From positions 620,001-684,000 of the forward strand of contig CM061248.1 of assembly GCA_022605425.2 (NCBI GenBank): 64,000 nucleotides of DNA, in the 5' to 3' direction. The translations under genes and the position numbers were made by a program. The notes beneath the pieces are model-generated. The model was not told the origin of the DNA, did no database searches, and saw nothing but the letters and a program-made list of their open reading frames with translations. The DNA is from Hamiltosporidium tvaerminnensis FI-OER-3-3. Lineage: Eukaryota > Fungi > Microsporidia. This document shows positions 22,504 through 37,000 of this stretch, one piece after another (positions within the stretch are counted from its first letter, which is position 1; the number at the start of each line of letters is the position of its first letter).

Positions 22504-24806
22504 AATATATCGAGCGGCCTTTTTTGAGCACCTATATCGTATATATGCCGCCAAATTCATAAACATTTGAAATCACCTATGATACATTTTATAGTTTTTA
22601 TTGATAATAATATTTCTGGTAGTAACATAAGAGATTATCAAAGCATCTTATATGTGGCTTTAGTAAATATGCACAGCAAATTGAATAAAATTATTGATGA
22701 AAAATAATTTTTAATTTAGCATGTCCAATATTCTACATGCAATACTTACATATTGTTTTCATTTTTTATTGAAATAATTGAAAGTTAGACGAAGATCTAG
22801 TGAAATTCTTATCGAATCAAGATCTGTGCGATTTTTAACTTTATTTTGCTTAAGTAGACTTCTTTTCAGCTTGAAAAACGCCGATGCAATATGAATATAA
22901 AATATTTTGATTGTTTCAAAGAAATTAATAATCTCGGATAGAAAATATGTTTGCAGGTGCTTTCAAAATTTAAAAATTTTATAACATTTTCTAATCTACG
23001 AAAGATAGAGAAAAAAAATGATATAGCAACTATAAATCTTTGATTTTTTCTGTGATGTGAAATTTATATATTCTCAATCTAATAGATATTTCACATTTAA
23101 TAATATTTCTACAAGGTATATTTGAATTTATCAATGTAAAATTAAAACCTAATACAATTTCTACACAAAATGTACCAAGAATAGTAATTCTTACAAATTC
23201 ATATAAAAAAAATTATAACTCAAGTAAATATTAAGCAACATGAAGTTTTTAGAATCCCGCTTAGCTGTCACTCAGGAATATATTCCTTTTTTAAAAATCT
23301 TTTTTACATCACTTCTAGTCGCACAAGTACTTTAGTATTTAGCTTGATTATAAGAATTTGGCATGATTTTACATATTTATATCTCCTTAAATGGTGCGTT
23401 TTTTAAATTTTTCTTTCTCATATTTGACTCAGAAAGCCAATAATATAAGGTTGCCTTCTTTTGAAATATAACTTTCACAAAATCATAAAGATATTTGTAA
23501 TTTTTGCAGTTTTATGATCTAGAAATTATCTTTACAGCCACTTTTCACGTTTAGATTTTCAAAAAATTCCGATAAATTTTTAAACTTATCAAACAAAAGC
23601 AACATGATTAGAAGAAAATAAGTGGGACTCTATATCGAGCCATTTCATTTGAGATATTTAAATGTTTATGGACTGTTCTAAACTAAGAAACTTATAAAAT
23701 TTTCATATTTAACAGTGAAATTTTCCGAAACCTAAGATTTATATATTAAAAGCACATATTACTTTCATATAAAAATGATTTTAAGTGTGTAAAAACAAAA
23801 AAAAAAATTACTTTGAAATAAGACCGTATTTCATCAAAGCATATTAGATTTCATAAAGAAATTTCAAATTTAAACGGTTTTTCTTTTACAAACCAACTTT
23901 TTTTCCACGGTAAAACATCTCAGGAAATTTTTTTCTGTTAAGTTAAACTCAGAGCAATTATGTCTTTCATTTTCGGCTCGTTAAAAAATAATATCTATTT
24001 GATTCATGCGGTGCTTGCGACATTCATAATATTATTTGCGTAAAAAAGGAATACCTTATGTTTTTTTTATAAAAATTAAGTTTTACGAAATTATAGGCTA
24101 TAAATCATTAAAACACTTAGGTTTGACTCAAACACTTCAATTTTTCTTTAAAAGCAGTTCTAATATTTTAGAATCATAAACATTGTTTATTAAGCTTCAG
24201 GATAATATCATTAAAAAATAAAATTTAAGATAATTTAGATTTACATACTCTTATTTTTAGAGGAAATTCACATTTAACTTTGTTTGTTGTCATCTCGCAA
24301 TACATCAAAGGTAATTTTTGCAACTAACCGCTATAAAAACATGAATTATACCTCTCGATCAGCTTCTAAAAACTATCCATGAAATTAAAAATAATCGTTA
24401 GCATTATTTCTTCTAAAAATCCTTTATAAAATAAAGTTAACGAAGTAGCTTTAAACATCTGATTTTTTTCATAATAAATTCTTAAAAGCACTTATCCATG
24501 TTATGGAATTTTTTAAAAGCGAAAATTAAAATCAGAAGAATGAAGATAAAGTAGCTGATAGAGAAAGTTGGGTTTATTTCTGGATTGAATATGACAAGGG
24601 AACTAGAAATGAGTTAAAAATGTTTACCTTAAAAAAGCAATGATTTATAATGACTTAAACTTATTACAAAAATCTAATCTATTTTCGATATTATCTACTG
24701 CATAGTTTTTGCTTAAATTCTTTTTACCTACCTATCTTTATCTTGAGTTTGCTCATCTTTTTATAAAATTAATTTAATTTATTTTTAAATATCCCTTTCA
24801 GTTGGA

Positions 24807-27232
24807 ATGGAAAAGGAATTTTTAACATTTTATAAATCTTTAGAAAAAAATACTTTCAAAATGTTTTATAAAAATAATTTTTATTTCGTTTATGAAGACG
24901 ATTTAGAACAACTCACAAAAAATGCTATTAATCTGTTTGGCTGTACTATGACTCCGACAAGAAAAGAATCAATTTTAGAATTAAAAATAACTAAGCAACA
25001 GGGTGAATTATTGATAAAATATTTTTTAACAGAAAAGAAATTATCTGTTCAAGAATATATTTTTTTAAATAATGATTTTATTTTGAACAGAGAAGGTCAT
25101 CCTGGAAATTGGAAAGATTTTAATGAAATTTTAATAAGTACAGAACAAACACCTTACATGGGAGCTGTTTATCAAATTAATAAAAATACGATTAGTTTCA
25201 GTTTCATTGATAGTTTAGATAAAACAATATTTTATTTTACGTTTCAAGATGATGATATCTTAACAAATCTGTTTAATTTTATATCTGAGATAAATATCAG
25301 TGAAATAATTTGTTGCCAAAATAGCATTTTAAGAAATCTAAATAACATGGGAATTACCGTAAATTTAGTTAATCCAAAAGGGGAAACAAATATATCGCCT
25401 TCCGCATCAATTTTAATAGATTTTTTGAAGTTAAAAACATATAAATTAAAAGAATATTTCCCTGAAAGTATAATGAGAGTAGATAATTCGTTATTATATG
25501 CTTTGAATATCTATTCATTGGAAAATAAACTTTTATCAAAAGAATTTCTAAATCAGCAGACTAATTTTGATTATAAAAATTATGTTGAACATAATTTTAA
25601 AGACATTTTTTCAACTTTCTATTGTCAAACGAATCAAGGAAGTCGTCTTCTTCATAAATTTTTTAAATTTCCTCTTCGAGATTTGAATGAAATTAATAAA
25701 AGATTAGATTATGTTGAAATATTTACAAAATTGAATCTGAATCTTAAATACTTTCCAGATTTGTTAAGAATATCTAAAAGAATAGAAAATGAAAGAATTA
25801 GTTTACAGGAATGCTTGAGATTGTATCAAATTATCTTTAAAATTCCAGAACTTTTACAAAGTTTAATTAAATATGAAATTTTATATCAAGATTTTATATT
25901 TCCACTTGAAAGTCTCAAAGAAATTTTTTATGATTTGATCAAAGAAATAGAAAGAGTTATTGATCTAGAAAAAGCCAATAATAATGAATATTGTATAAGA
26001 GCCAATCTTAGTTGCAATTTAGAAAAATTACAAAATGATATTTTTAAAATTAAAAATGAAATAAAACTTGAATATGAAAGAGTTCTTACATTGAATAAAA
26101 AAATAAAATTGGAATTTAGTGGAACATTAAAACCATCAGATATTTTAAATTCTAAAAGTTCAACTGTATGTGATGATGAAATTGAAAATATATATTTTAA
26201 TAAAGATATTAATATTGCACCAAAATCAGAAATGGGTTTTGAGGAATATAATTCTTATAAATCTACAAAAAATATTTCTATTAAAGATATTCATTTCAGT
26301 TTTAAATTATCAAGAATTGATTTTCGATCTTTTCAAAATGAATTTAAAAAAAATCGATTTTTTGAAATTTCATTCCTTAAAAGCGGTATCATTTTTACTT
26401 CGAAAAAATTGTATGAACTTAATTTAAATTGGGATAAAATTATAAAAGAAATAAGTAAGGAGGAGAGGACTATAAAAAAAGAATTAAAATCGTTTTTAAA
26501 GAATTATATTTCACATATCGAAATATTTAATCACGTAATTGCCATGATAGATGTTTTTAGTGCATTTGCCTTAAAAAGGTAAATTAAATTACAGCAGACC
26601 AATTTTTAAGGAAAATTATTTTGAGATTCGAAAAGTATTTAATCCTTTGTTGGAAAATAATGGAATGTGTTTTGAATTCTTTTAAGTTGGAAGATAGAAA
26701 GATTTGTGTAATCACGGGGCCTAATATGGGAGGAAAAAGTACATTTTTGAAAAGTTGTGGAATTGTTTCACTTTTTGCTCAAATGGGATGTTATGTACCG
26801 TGTGAGTTTGCCTGTATTCCTATATTCGATGGAATTTATTGCAGAATAGGTGCAAATGATTGTACATTCAAAGGTCTTTCTACATTCATGATTGAAATGA
26901 TTGATATTAGCAAGATTTGTAAGTCGGCAACGAGTAAATCTCTTGTTCTTATTGATGAACTTGGAAGAGGAACGAGTGCGATTGATGGACTTAGTATAGC
27001 TCTTTCAGTGTCTGATTATCTCTGGAATTTAAAATGTTTTAGTATTTTTGCCACCCATTTTCCCGAACTTTGTACGGAAAAGGTGGTAAGTAAACGCGTA
27101 AAAGTTCATAAAGAAAGCAGAGATATAGTTTTGACATATGAACTCGAGGATGGCGTATGTGATACTAGTTTGGGTTTATTCGTTGCTGATTTAGTTGGAT
27201 TTCCACAAGAAGTTTTAAATTTAAAGGATTAA
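24807..27232 (+). CDS. MSH2: DNA mismatch repair protein MutS homolog (MSH2-like), interrupted by two +1 frameshifts (~26577 and ~26660)
   Basis: GHPGNWKDF, CQTNQGSRLL..FFKFPL, bridging frame NYSRPIF...NPLLE, then ITGPNMGGKSTF, STFMIEM, LIDELGRGTS, FATHF. CCC at 24793-24795. Confidence 0.88.
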
Positions 27233-27639
27233 ATTTGTTTTTAAAATAATTTTTCTTTTCGCTTTGTAATTTTTGCTTATAAATAAAATAGCCTCTCGAA
27301 GTCACAACAAAAGTTTTTATTTGTAATTTTTACTTGATTCACTAAATTTTTTTTAAGTTGATTTATTTAAATATAATTTTAAAATAAACTCACAAGACTA
27401 AATTATGAAGGCTATTTTAAGAAAGAATTTAATGCATCGAAGAATAGAATTAACAAATTTCTTTTTACAATAAAAAGTAGCAGCCTGTTTTTAAAAACTG
27501 TTCATAAAAATATTAATTTTTTCATTAGAAAATGTTTTATTGTACTTCCCAAATCTTATAAAGGCAAATGAAAGATTTTGGTTTATAACTTAATTACTTG
27601 TTCGTTTCCTTCTTTCCTCTCGGGATCAAAGATGAATAA

Positions 27640-28210
27640 ATGAAAGTTTCCATTTGTTTCTTTTAATCTTTTATAATTCGGAATTATAGGGGATTTTCCT
27701 ATAGATACAATGTGTTTTATATTCCAAAAAAATGGCAACAATAATATTCAGACCAGTTCAATATACTCGTTGCCAAGCAGATGGTTTTTAATGGAGTTAT
27801 CCTTTCTCCATGTTTAGTTTATTAATGAACTTAAATAAGAAAATTAAATTTCAATACATATATACAAAGATTTAAATGCTAAATTTATTCGACTACGTGA
27901 AAATTATAATAACTTTTTTTTTGAATAGATATAGAATTTATATTTAAAAAATGAAGATCATGGTTTATGCAGCAAAACTTTTTTTATGAGATATACAAAA
28001 ATACGGTTTGCTAAATTAATCATACCAAAATATTGCGTATACATGATCATAGGTTATTTTAGTTTGGATTGTTTTGGGCATATTTGTTTTTATAAGCATA
28101 TTTCTATTCATATGTAGAAAGAAAATCAAATTTTTTCCCCGTGTTTTATTGGATTGGATTACCAACTTTAAATGCAACAGATTAAAGTTCTCGTTATACG
28201 GAAGTTTAAA
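27640..28210 (+). pseudogene. Possible highly decayed non-LTR reverse transcriptase relic
   Basis: Weak G-V-ILSP-like remnant near 27783-27815; no open frame. Confidence 0.25.
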
Positions 28211-29749
28211 AATAGAAAATAAGTTTCAAAGAAACTCTTCTTACAAATAGAATGAATCGCATTTACTCTAATTCTATAAGTTTATCCTGGTTTTTAATGA
28301 GCACAATTAAAAATATTTCCGAAAATTGATTTAAGACATTCTTAAATGTAACATAATTTTGTAGTAAAAATTTCTCAAAAAAAATAAAATATTTAACTCG
28401 AATAAATTTCTACTTCATCAAGAAACACACACCAACAGCCAAACGAAAGAAAGCAATACTACCTACCCTAAAACAGAACAGATGATGGACGAGAATCATT
28501 AAATGAAAGTCATATCGCTATTTTCAGTATCGTTTTTTTCTTTTCAAGCGACGGGTTCATATCCTGAATTCCGACACATACAATCTTGAGCTCTTATTTT
28601 ATACGTTTTTAAACTATTAATAGAAAATATTTGAGCTGTCTGATTTTAATTGTTATAAAAGGCTCGATATATAAAATGAGGTTTTAATAGTCATGAAATT
28701 AAGAAAAAATATTAAAAACATGTCGTATAATGTTGATAATAATTGCAAAGAAATAGTATTTGCGACGCAAAGTTTTTATATATTTGATATTAAATACAAT
28801 AATACCTTGAAATACGCTAAATTTGATACTCTTTTCATTACAGAAATAGTTCTTTATTAAATTTAAAAACGGGCGAAATCCTCATAATTAACAAAGCTTT
28901 TATAAGTTCGTATTCTAAGGTAACTAAAAAATTATTAAGTGTTTTCGATATTTTATTTTTGATATCTCTTAGTCTCCTGTGTTTCCTATATACCGCTCTT
29001 TCACCATTTCTGTATATTTTCGCTAGTCTTAGTTCTATTATTCCAAGTTTATTTCAAATATACTTTCGTGTCTTGTAGTTTTGTTCTTTTTCGGGCTCGC
29101 TTTCCTTATTTACATACTTCTCTATTATTTTAAATATTTCTCTCAAATTCTTAGATTGGTCGAATATAATGTAAAACATTTTTATTTTGCACGAACCCGG
29201 GTTTGAAATTACTTATATGGTGATGGTTTCGTTTTTCCATTAAAAAACGCGGATTTAAATTTTATTTGAACAAATTTATGGTCATATGCTACATTGTATT
29301 TCTTATAGGAAATATAACAAATATTTAAAAGATAAAAAAACATAATAAAATTTAAATACACATTAGTAACCTCTATAAAACTACTTCTTTTAACAATTAT
29401 TATTTCCAACTCTACCATGATTTAAATTAAAAATCAGTTACTATACAGTAAAAATCCATATAAAATGAATCAAATACAGCATGTTTAGTCTTTGTACTTA
29501 CCATTTTAGTTTTTTTTATTAAAACTTTATGTCCAACGTAATAATTTATTTTGATGATATTTGACTTTTTGGTTGGAGTTTCTTTCGATGATGGCTGATG
29601 AGATTTTTTTTATTTTTACCCTCAAATAAAGAATTTGCTATAACATTGTTTTAAATAAAATCTTAATAAACAAATCCACATATTCAATATAGAGTATTAA
29701 AAATTTGGAAAACATTGTACTTCGAGTTTTACACCGATGATTCTTTCTA

Positions 29750-30500
29750 AAAAGATTCGTAAATGTAATCATTCAACTTTTGTCTAGTGTTAAAATCATG
29801 ATTTGTTTTAAACCTTTTTATATCGACCCTAAATTTTCAGTTGTTTTTCCATGAATACCTGATTCTGATACAAAATTTGACGAATAATATATACAATCAT
29901 AATAAAAATCTTTATTCTTTAAATATTGATAGGAAAGAACGGTGTGTATCAGAGTATATTGTATTATGTAATGAGATAAAAGTACCAATAGCAGTTTTCA
30001 AAACACTCTAAGTTCTATTTTTAACAATTTGTATATAGAACTTTTTTGTTGTTCTCGAAATAGCTTCAGATACCTTTTTTTGGCCAGTAAGACGACCTCT
30101 GTTATACTTTCTTCTGCCTATATCAATTTCTTCTATTTCAACTATTTCTACTAATCCGCCAATTTTTTTAAAAGGATGCAAGCAACTGTTATATATTAGC
30201 AATCTCAGGTCTTTAATAAAGTAGGCTATCGTTGCATCTGAAAAACAATACAGTGGTCTGATGGAATTACATGGCAATTCAAATTTGAATCTCTAAATGA
30301 TATAAATTATACCATGAATTTTTATTTTAGAGTTTTCAATTATAATGAAGAAATATTCAGTATATTTCTTATCAAAAAACGAAAAGCTAAAAAGAATCCG
30401 TCTTTGACAAAAATTATGGCATTAGAGTTCTATTACTAGCAGAAAATGATTAAAAAACCGTGTTTTTCTTGTATAAAATGTTCTTTAAGTTTCTGTCGTT
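29750..30500 (-). mobile_element. Merlin/IS1016-like (ISXO2) DDE transposase relic
   Basis: KIGGLVEIVEIEEIDIGRRKYNRGR matches the Merlin motif IGG...VEIDESxxGKRKYNRGR. Broken frames on both sides. Confidence 0.75.
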
Positions 30501-30579
30501 CTTTAATTTTTTGATATATAGTTCTCTACCATTTAGAAGCATCATATGAATATAAAATATAATGGCCTTTAAGTTAAAA

Positions 30580-31452
30580 AATATCAATGCGAAATATAAA
30601 TAGTTATTATAATCGTATATATTTTATAACATTTTAATATATGCTTTCGCAACTCTTGGATTGTCTGGGAAAAAGTAAAGAAATATCAACTAGACAAGCA
30701 ACAACCTAAAAGAGGAGAATACTAATAAAACACATCTTGCACTAATAAAAAGCTTCTTAAAAGTAAAGTATAGGTTGGAAGAAAAAGTCACTAAGAAAGT
30801 TTTGAAGACGCTTAACCTGCAAAACCATATAACAAAATAGAAAAACGAAAACTTCATTCAAAGTTATAATGCAAAAAAATGAGCTTGTAAGCATTAGTGA
30901 CTTTTCTAGATGTCTAAAGAAAGGGAACATTAGGCCCCGTGATAGAGCAGTCTTCTGCTATATCCAGAATAGAAATGTTTTCTGGGAAGCTGAAGGTGTG
31001 GGCCAACAAAACCAAGTCTGGTAAAACTGTAATCATCTAGACGCGATGTGAGAAAACGCTAAATCATGACTACACCAGACTACATAATGAAGTGGTACGA
31101 TGCCTAAACTTATTTCTCTAAACATGATATAAGTTTAAGTTTACAAAACGGATTAGAAGCCTCTCAGTTCCGCAAATTATTTATGACGAGTATGTAGAAA
31201 TAAGATCGGAACTTCAATAAAAACTGATGCCAAGATTTGAAACAATAAATCTGACATGTATATATTTTAGATAATAGGAAAAAAAATAGCACATATTGAA
31301 GTAGGAATTACTTCAAAAATTACATTTCTATAGTTGAAACCGAAAAAAATAGGAAGTATGACCTGCAAGTCAATGAGTTATGTCTCATATATAAGTATCT
31401 GTTAAAATAATTTCTTATGTGATGACCTAGGACAGTATTATAACAAAATACC
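30580..31452 (+). mobile_element. Decayed 3' half of the RLE non-LTR retrotransposon
   Basis: Homologous to the reverse complement of ~31870-32750 (e.g. TTCTGCTATATCCAGAATAGAAATGT, CATGACTACACCAGA, ATTGAAGTAGGAATTACTTC); many stops. Confidence 0.85.
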
Positions 31453-31489
31453 ATTTTTATTTCATAAAATTCTGGGTTAAAATATTTTT

Positions 31490-34400
31490 ACCATTTTTAT
31501 ATGTTTTCTTCTACCTCTTTAACCACTTTTGTCTCTTCTTCCAAATCCGACTCTTTATTTATGTTATTGGTCGGTTCTTCTAAAGTGGTTCCTCCTGTTG
31601 AAATAAAGGGTGCTTTATTTTTTGGTTTAAAATTTTTTGCACCATCTTCCTCTCTCTTCTCTTCTTTTAAAGGGAGTGTTGGCTCCTCATGCATCTCTGC
31701 TCTCATAATAACACCCATTTGACGCTCTCTCCCAGCTCTCTTCGGCATTTAGTCCTGACTCAAGTCCTCTTCGTCGATCAAAGGAAATTGTTTCGACTGT
31801 CTTCTTAAGTACTATAGACTGAATGTATGCCTCTACATTCATGAGTATTTCTAATCTTTTAAGATGAGATTTATGATATTTTGTCACAATACCGTCCCAG
31901 GTCATCACATAAGGGATTATCTCAACACTACACCTATAAATAAGACCCAACTCATTGGCTAGCAGGTCATACTTCCTAAGTTTTTCAGTTTCAACTATTT
32001 GAAGTGAATCTTGGGAAGTGATTCCTACTTCAATGAGTGTTATTTTATTCTTCTTCTTATCTAAAATAAATATGTCCGGTCTGTTATTCCGAATTTTAAC
32101 ATCAGTTTTAATTCTGGTGTCCACTCTTATCTCTGCATACTCATTATCAAGAATTTCTTGAACTGAGTGACTCCTTATTCGTTTTGAAGACTTAAACTTA
32201 TATCTATTTAAGTGAAGTAAGTGTAGGCATCTAACCACTTCATTATGCCGTCTAGTGTAATCATGGCCTAGCATTTTTTCACATCTAGTTGCTAGATGAT
32301 CTACAGTCTTACCGGACTTCCCGCAGTGTTGACACACACCATCTGCTCCCCAGAATACATTTCTATCCTGGATATAGCAGAACGCAGCTTCATTTTGTGG
32401 CCTAATATCCCCTCTCTTTAACCATCTTGAAGAGTCAATAACACTCACAAGCTCATTTTTCCTTGCATTATATAACTTTGAATGGAGTTCTCGTTTTTCT
32501 ATTTCGTTATATAGTTTTGCAAGTTGAGCTTCTTCTAAACTTTTCTTAGTGACTTCTTCTACCAACCTGTATTTTACTTTTAAGAAGCCTTTTATTAGTG
32601 CAAGATGGGTTTTATTATTATTCTCCTCCTTGAGGATTGCTGCTCGTCTAGTTGATATTTCTTTACTTTTTTCCATACAATCCAAGAGTTGCAGAAGCAT
32701 TTGTTCGCTTCGCAAATCAACACTATGTAGGCCTCTTCCAAGTTCTGTTCTAGGAAGATACAAACGCTCTTTACATCCTGGGCGGAGATGTATCTTATTT
32801 TTCACCAACACCGCACGCACTGCATAATCTAATTTAGAGAAGTCCGCCGGTTCAAGTCGAAGTACTCCTATGTGATAGTTGATTAATGATATCGCATGTT
32901 GATTAATTGCAGAAAATAATTTTTTTGCGTTTAATCTAGTTTGACAAAGTCTTTCAACTCTTGATATAAGTTTGCTCTGTACTTCTTCAAATGAGCTACG
33001 TGTTGGAATTCCTCTGCTATCTTCTATTATTCCTAAATATTTGTAAACACTAACACCTTCTAGAAGAGTAGCAGTATCTTCACAACACGTATCATTTGTG
33101 GCTGACTTCTCTTTGTTAATCTCTAAGCCAATCACCTCTAAAAATTCCTTTGCCTCGCCTGTCATAGCATTCAATGTGGAGCTGTCTTTTGCAAGGAGCT
33201 TAAGATCATCAATAAACAAGAAATGATTAGTAGAATGGGATTCTGCATCTGTTTGTACTGTCACTTTTGTGTATTTTTCATTAAGCTTTCGGCTTAATGG
33301 ATCCATAACCAACACAAATAACAATGGTGACAAACTATCTCCTTGCAGAATCCCTCTCTCAATCTTCTTGCTTATAATTTTTTCAGGCCCTAGTGATATA
33401 TCAATTTTCCATTTTGATATAATTACCTTGATAAATTTCAGGATCCAATCAGGTAACTTAAGGTTTTCAATGCATTGAGTTAAATAAGCATGGTTTATTA
33501 AATCATAAGCTTTTTTAACATCAATCCATGTTGCCTTAAGATTGTTTCCGTACTCTTTATTTAAGGCAATATTCAGTAGAGCCTGCTCTTTCGCTCCCTG
33601 CACACCTCTAACTGCTCCCAACTGGTTCTCCGCAAGAAACCTTCGCCTTTCCACTTTAAGTTAAACGACTTTCGTTGCACACTTAGTCGTTAACTTGTAG
33701 AGGTTAGACAAACAAGTGATTGGCCTGTAGTCAGAGCCTCTTCGTGGAATTCCTTTCGGTATCAAATACGTAAGCCCGCAGTAAAACCAATCAGCTTGAG
33801 GTGTTCCTTCTAAACATATAACTTTCACAATATCCTAAATATATTTGTGAAGAGTTGTAAGTTTCTGAATGAAAAAATTGTAAATACCATCAATTCCAGC
33901 AGCTTTCCAATTGGGATGCCAATTAATGATATTTATAAATTCATCAAGTGAAGGAAACGTGGTCGGATGATTATCTGATACAAATGGAATCAAATAATCA
34001 TCAAACGTGACTGTGTCATCATTTTTGTTCCACATTGTAGACCAAAAACTCACAATTTCATCACGCCTAACCACATGCTCGGATTCTACACGCTCAGATA
34101 ACCCACGATAAAATCGACCTCGGAAAAGCTCACACATACGATTCTCTTTTCGGAATTGCTTCCTACTTTCATACATCGTAATTTTTTTCTCGTAAACATT
34201 CAAAGACTCATTCTTCTTAACTAAAGCCTCAGAAAGATCAGTTACGCTGCTCAAGTTTAAATTAAACTCTCGCATGATTTTCTTAAGGCTCTTCATTTCC
34301 GAAGTGGAGAGCTTTGCCTGCTTACGAGCCTTCTCGAGAAGATCTTTGAATAGTACTAACTTAGAAATTTTACTTTCTATGTTTTCCTTCCAAGCGGATC

Positions 34401-35250
34401 TAGGCTTTTCTTTGCGTGTTGCCTCGTCATAGCATACCTGGGCTGCCTATATTATCCGTGCCCCTGCAGTTATTGTCATCGGCACATAAGAATCAGCATA
34501 CTCACCGATAATTCGATTAATAAGGTCCAAAACTTTACTGTCAACCAATTCACTTGGAAGCTTTCGAGTTCGGACCACTAGTTTTCTAATTTCCTTCTCC
34601 GAGATTTCTTTGATTATACTCAAAAATTTATCTCACAGGTTTATGTATTCCGTGGTGTCAGTCAGGGTGCATGGCTCAGTGAGACAAGTGGCGATTCTAC
34701 GTCGCTCCCCATTCTCTTCTTGCCTTATTTCCCTTTCTGCCTCATTTTGTGCGAATTTTTTAAACGCATCGATATTTAATGTGAGCCAAAATTTTTATTT
34801 TATTACCAGAGTTGCAGGCCAGCCATTTCTGGGCATTCTCTCAAACCTCTTTTCCACTGCTAGAATAGCAGATCTAGGCCATTCCTGCTCTACGACTGTA
34901 ACAGAGTCAAGTATTGAGTGCAATACCATCAGTCGATTCTCTTCCAGAATGGCATCTGTATTGAGGTTTGTCATGCCGTTGGCTGGTTGAAACGCAGTGG
35001 CATCGGTACCAGAAGATGAGGGTATGGTGTCAACCAAGCAGACTGGACTAGTCTGGCAACTACTGCTTGGTGGTTGGTGGGTGGTGTCATGGAAGGTCGG
35101 TGGAGGTGGAAGTCTCTCGGATAACATTGCTACATCTACATCACACATCAAAATCTCTCCTGCGCTGTTCTCCAAGTTGTTTACAGCCTTTATTTTTTCA
35201 TTTTTTATATTTTCGCTGTCTACTTTTTTTCTTTCTACCCATCACAAAAT
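31490..35250 (-). mobile_element. Near-full-length non-LTR retrotransposon with restriction-like endonuclease (R4/Dong/NeSL-type), frameshifted
   Basis: RT motifs KAAGIDG, WIDVKKAYD, GILQGDSLSPLLF, FIDDL, YKYLG. Zinc knuckle CQHC...H...C, RRHNEV, RPDI...IEV...KLRKY. ORF pieces 35175-34795, 34296-33835, 33654-31687 and 31748-31497; probable original ATG at 35242. Confidence 0.93.
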
Positions 35251-36776
35251 TTAAAAGTTTTTATTTTTTTTAAACATGTATTTTTAAACTAACAAAAACC
35301 ATTAAATTTAAAGTTCCCAAAACAATCATTCTTGTTCTTTTTTAAAAATTTATTTGGACGCAAAACCATTTAACTTCAGAATATGAATTATGGATAATTG
35401 TATATCAAACGGCATAAGTTTACGATTTTATAAGTTGGTAACAACTAGATTTACTTTCATTGAAATATATATCTTTTTTGTGCTAATTCGAAGCCTCCAG
35501 AAATCTGGCTTTAAAAAGAGCACTATTTTAGTTAAATAACTGGTAAGTTTTTGGATAATAAGTAGCTTAAATTAGTTTCCGTTGGATCCTCACGGTTAGA
35601 GCGAAAATCAAATGCTTTTATTAGAATTTAAAATAGAAAAATTCCAGTTAATAGAATTATTAAAAACCGTAATTTCTCGGGGAAAGATGATAAAAATAAT
35701 CCAAAAATATTAAAACAAAGAATGTAATATTTTTAAACGGTGTACTGCTCACAAACCCCCTTGAAATATCTCAAATCGAATATTTCAAATAAGTTATCTA
35801 AAAAATACTAATTTATCTTCAAAAAAATTCACTGAGAAAATTTAAGGGGCCGAATGAATAGATATAAATGAGAAATAATTTTCATTCTTCAGAATAGTGG
35901 TTTTGTATACACCAGCCCACCTTTTAAGTTTTTCCTTTATCCTAGACACAAGATGATCGAGTAGAAATTGCAAAAATGTGGAGAATTTTGCCATAAATAA
36001 ATTTCTGATTTTCATACTTAGGATGGTTGTCGATTTAAAATACATGGAATAATATGATACCGGAAATTTTGCGATTTCTGCGCAAGAGTCAAACTTACAA
36101 ATATAATTTAGACCAAAAAATTTTGCGGTGCGTTATCATAGTATTGTATTTGTACTATATGAAGGAAGTAAAAAAATTCTATTATTGGAACTAAATTAGA
36201 TACTGAATGATATATTTGCATTTTCTTTAAAAGCTGTTTTAAATTATACTCAATCTTAATAAATCGAAATCTATTTTTCAACAGAAAAACGAACCGGGGC
36301 AGGCAGAATTACAATCAAAGAATATTTTAGAAAAAAATCAGCTATATTTTCTTATATTAATACCATTTAGAATGTATCAACAAGCAATCAGAATCGAAAA
36401 AAGAAATAATAAAAACAAACCATATTCATTTGAAATTTGGCACAGATATATGAAAAAGTACCTGTAGTATCTCGGAAATTTTTGTAAAAATATGGCTAAA
36501 CCTATCTCCGAAGTATGTAAGTACAATGGAGCAAGTAAAAATTTTTAGATAAGGTATTTCGTTTATACTAAGGTGTATTATTTTTTTTTGAAAGAAAAAA
36601 ACTAAAATATATATTTAAAACAATATTAACATTTATATATTATATTTATATAGAATATAACGCACTAAAAACCCTAAATTTTCCAAACCTCGTAATTTAT
36701 ACGCACCTTTTGCAATTTCATATAATTTTTTAGACTCTTAGAATTTTAAATATTTAAGTTCACTATTTGTAATTTC

Positions 36777-37000
36777 TTTGCCCACCATTCCGGGAGCAGA
36801 ATTGGCTTGGGGTATTCTCTGCTTTTCGTAAGAGGCGAGTAAAAGAGACTGTCCTCCATGTTGAGGTTGGTCGCAAGGCTATCAACCCATCTTTTTACGA
36901 AACCTGAAAAAGGATACAAACCCATTGGAAAAAGATCCGTGAGCGGTATTACTGAGGCAGGCCAAGACTCGTGCAGGGCTGTATAGCCGAGTTTGAATGA
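36777..37000 (+). mobile_element. Short bipartite RTE-derived non-autonomous retroelement (SINE-like), longer copy
   Basis: TCGTAAGAGGCGAGTAAAAGAGA, CCTCCATGTTGAGGTTGG...GGCTATCAACCC...TTACGAAACC, 3' GGCCAAGACTCGTGCAGGGCTGTATAGCC followed by TGAA. TSD ATTTG(T/A)AATTTC at 36765-36776 and 37001-37012. Confidence 0.75.

Noticed and set aside
28950-29110. Possible RTE 3' relic (GKRAR-like motif on the minus strand)
   Set aside because: Too short and decayed to support.
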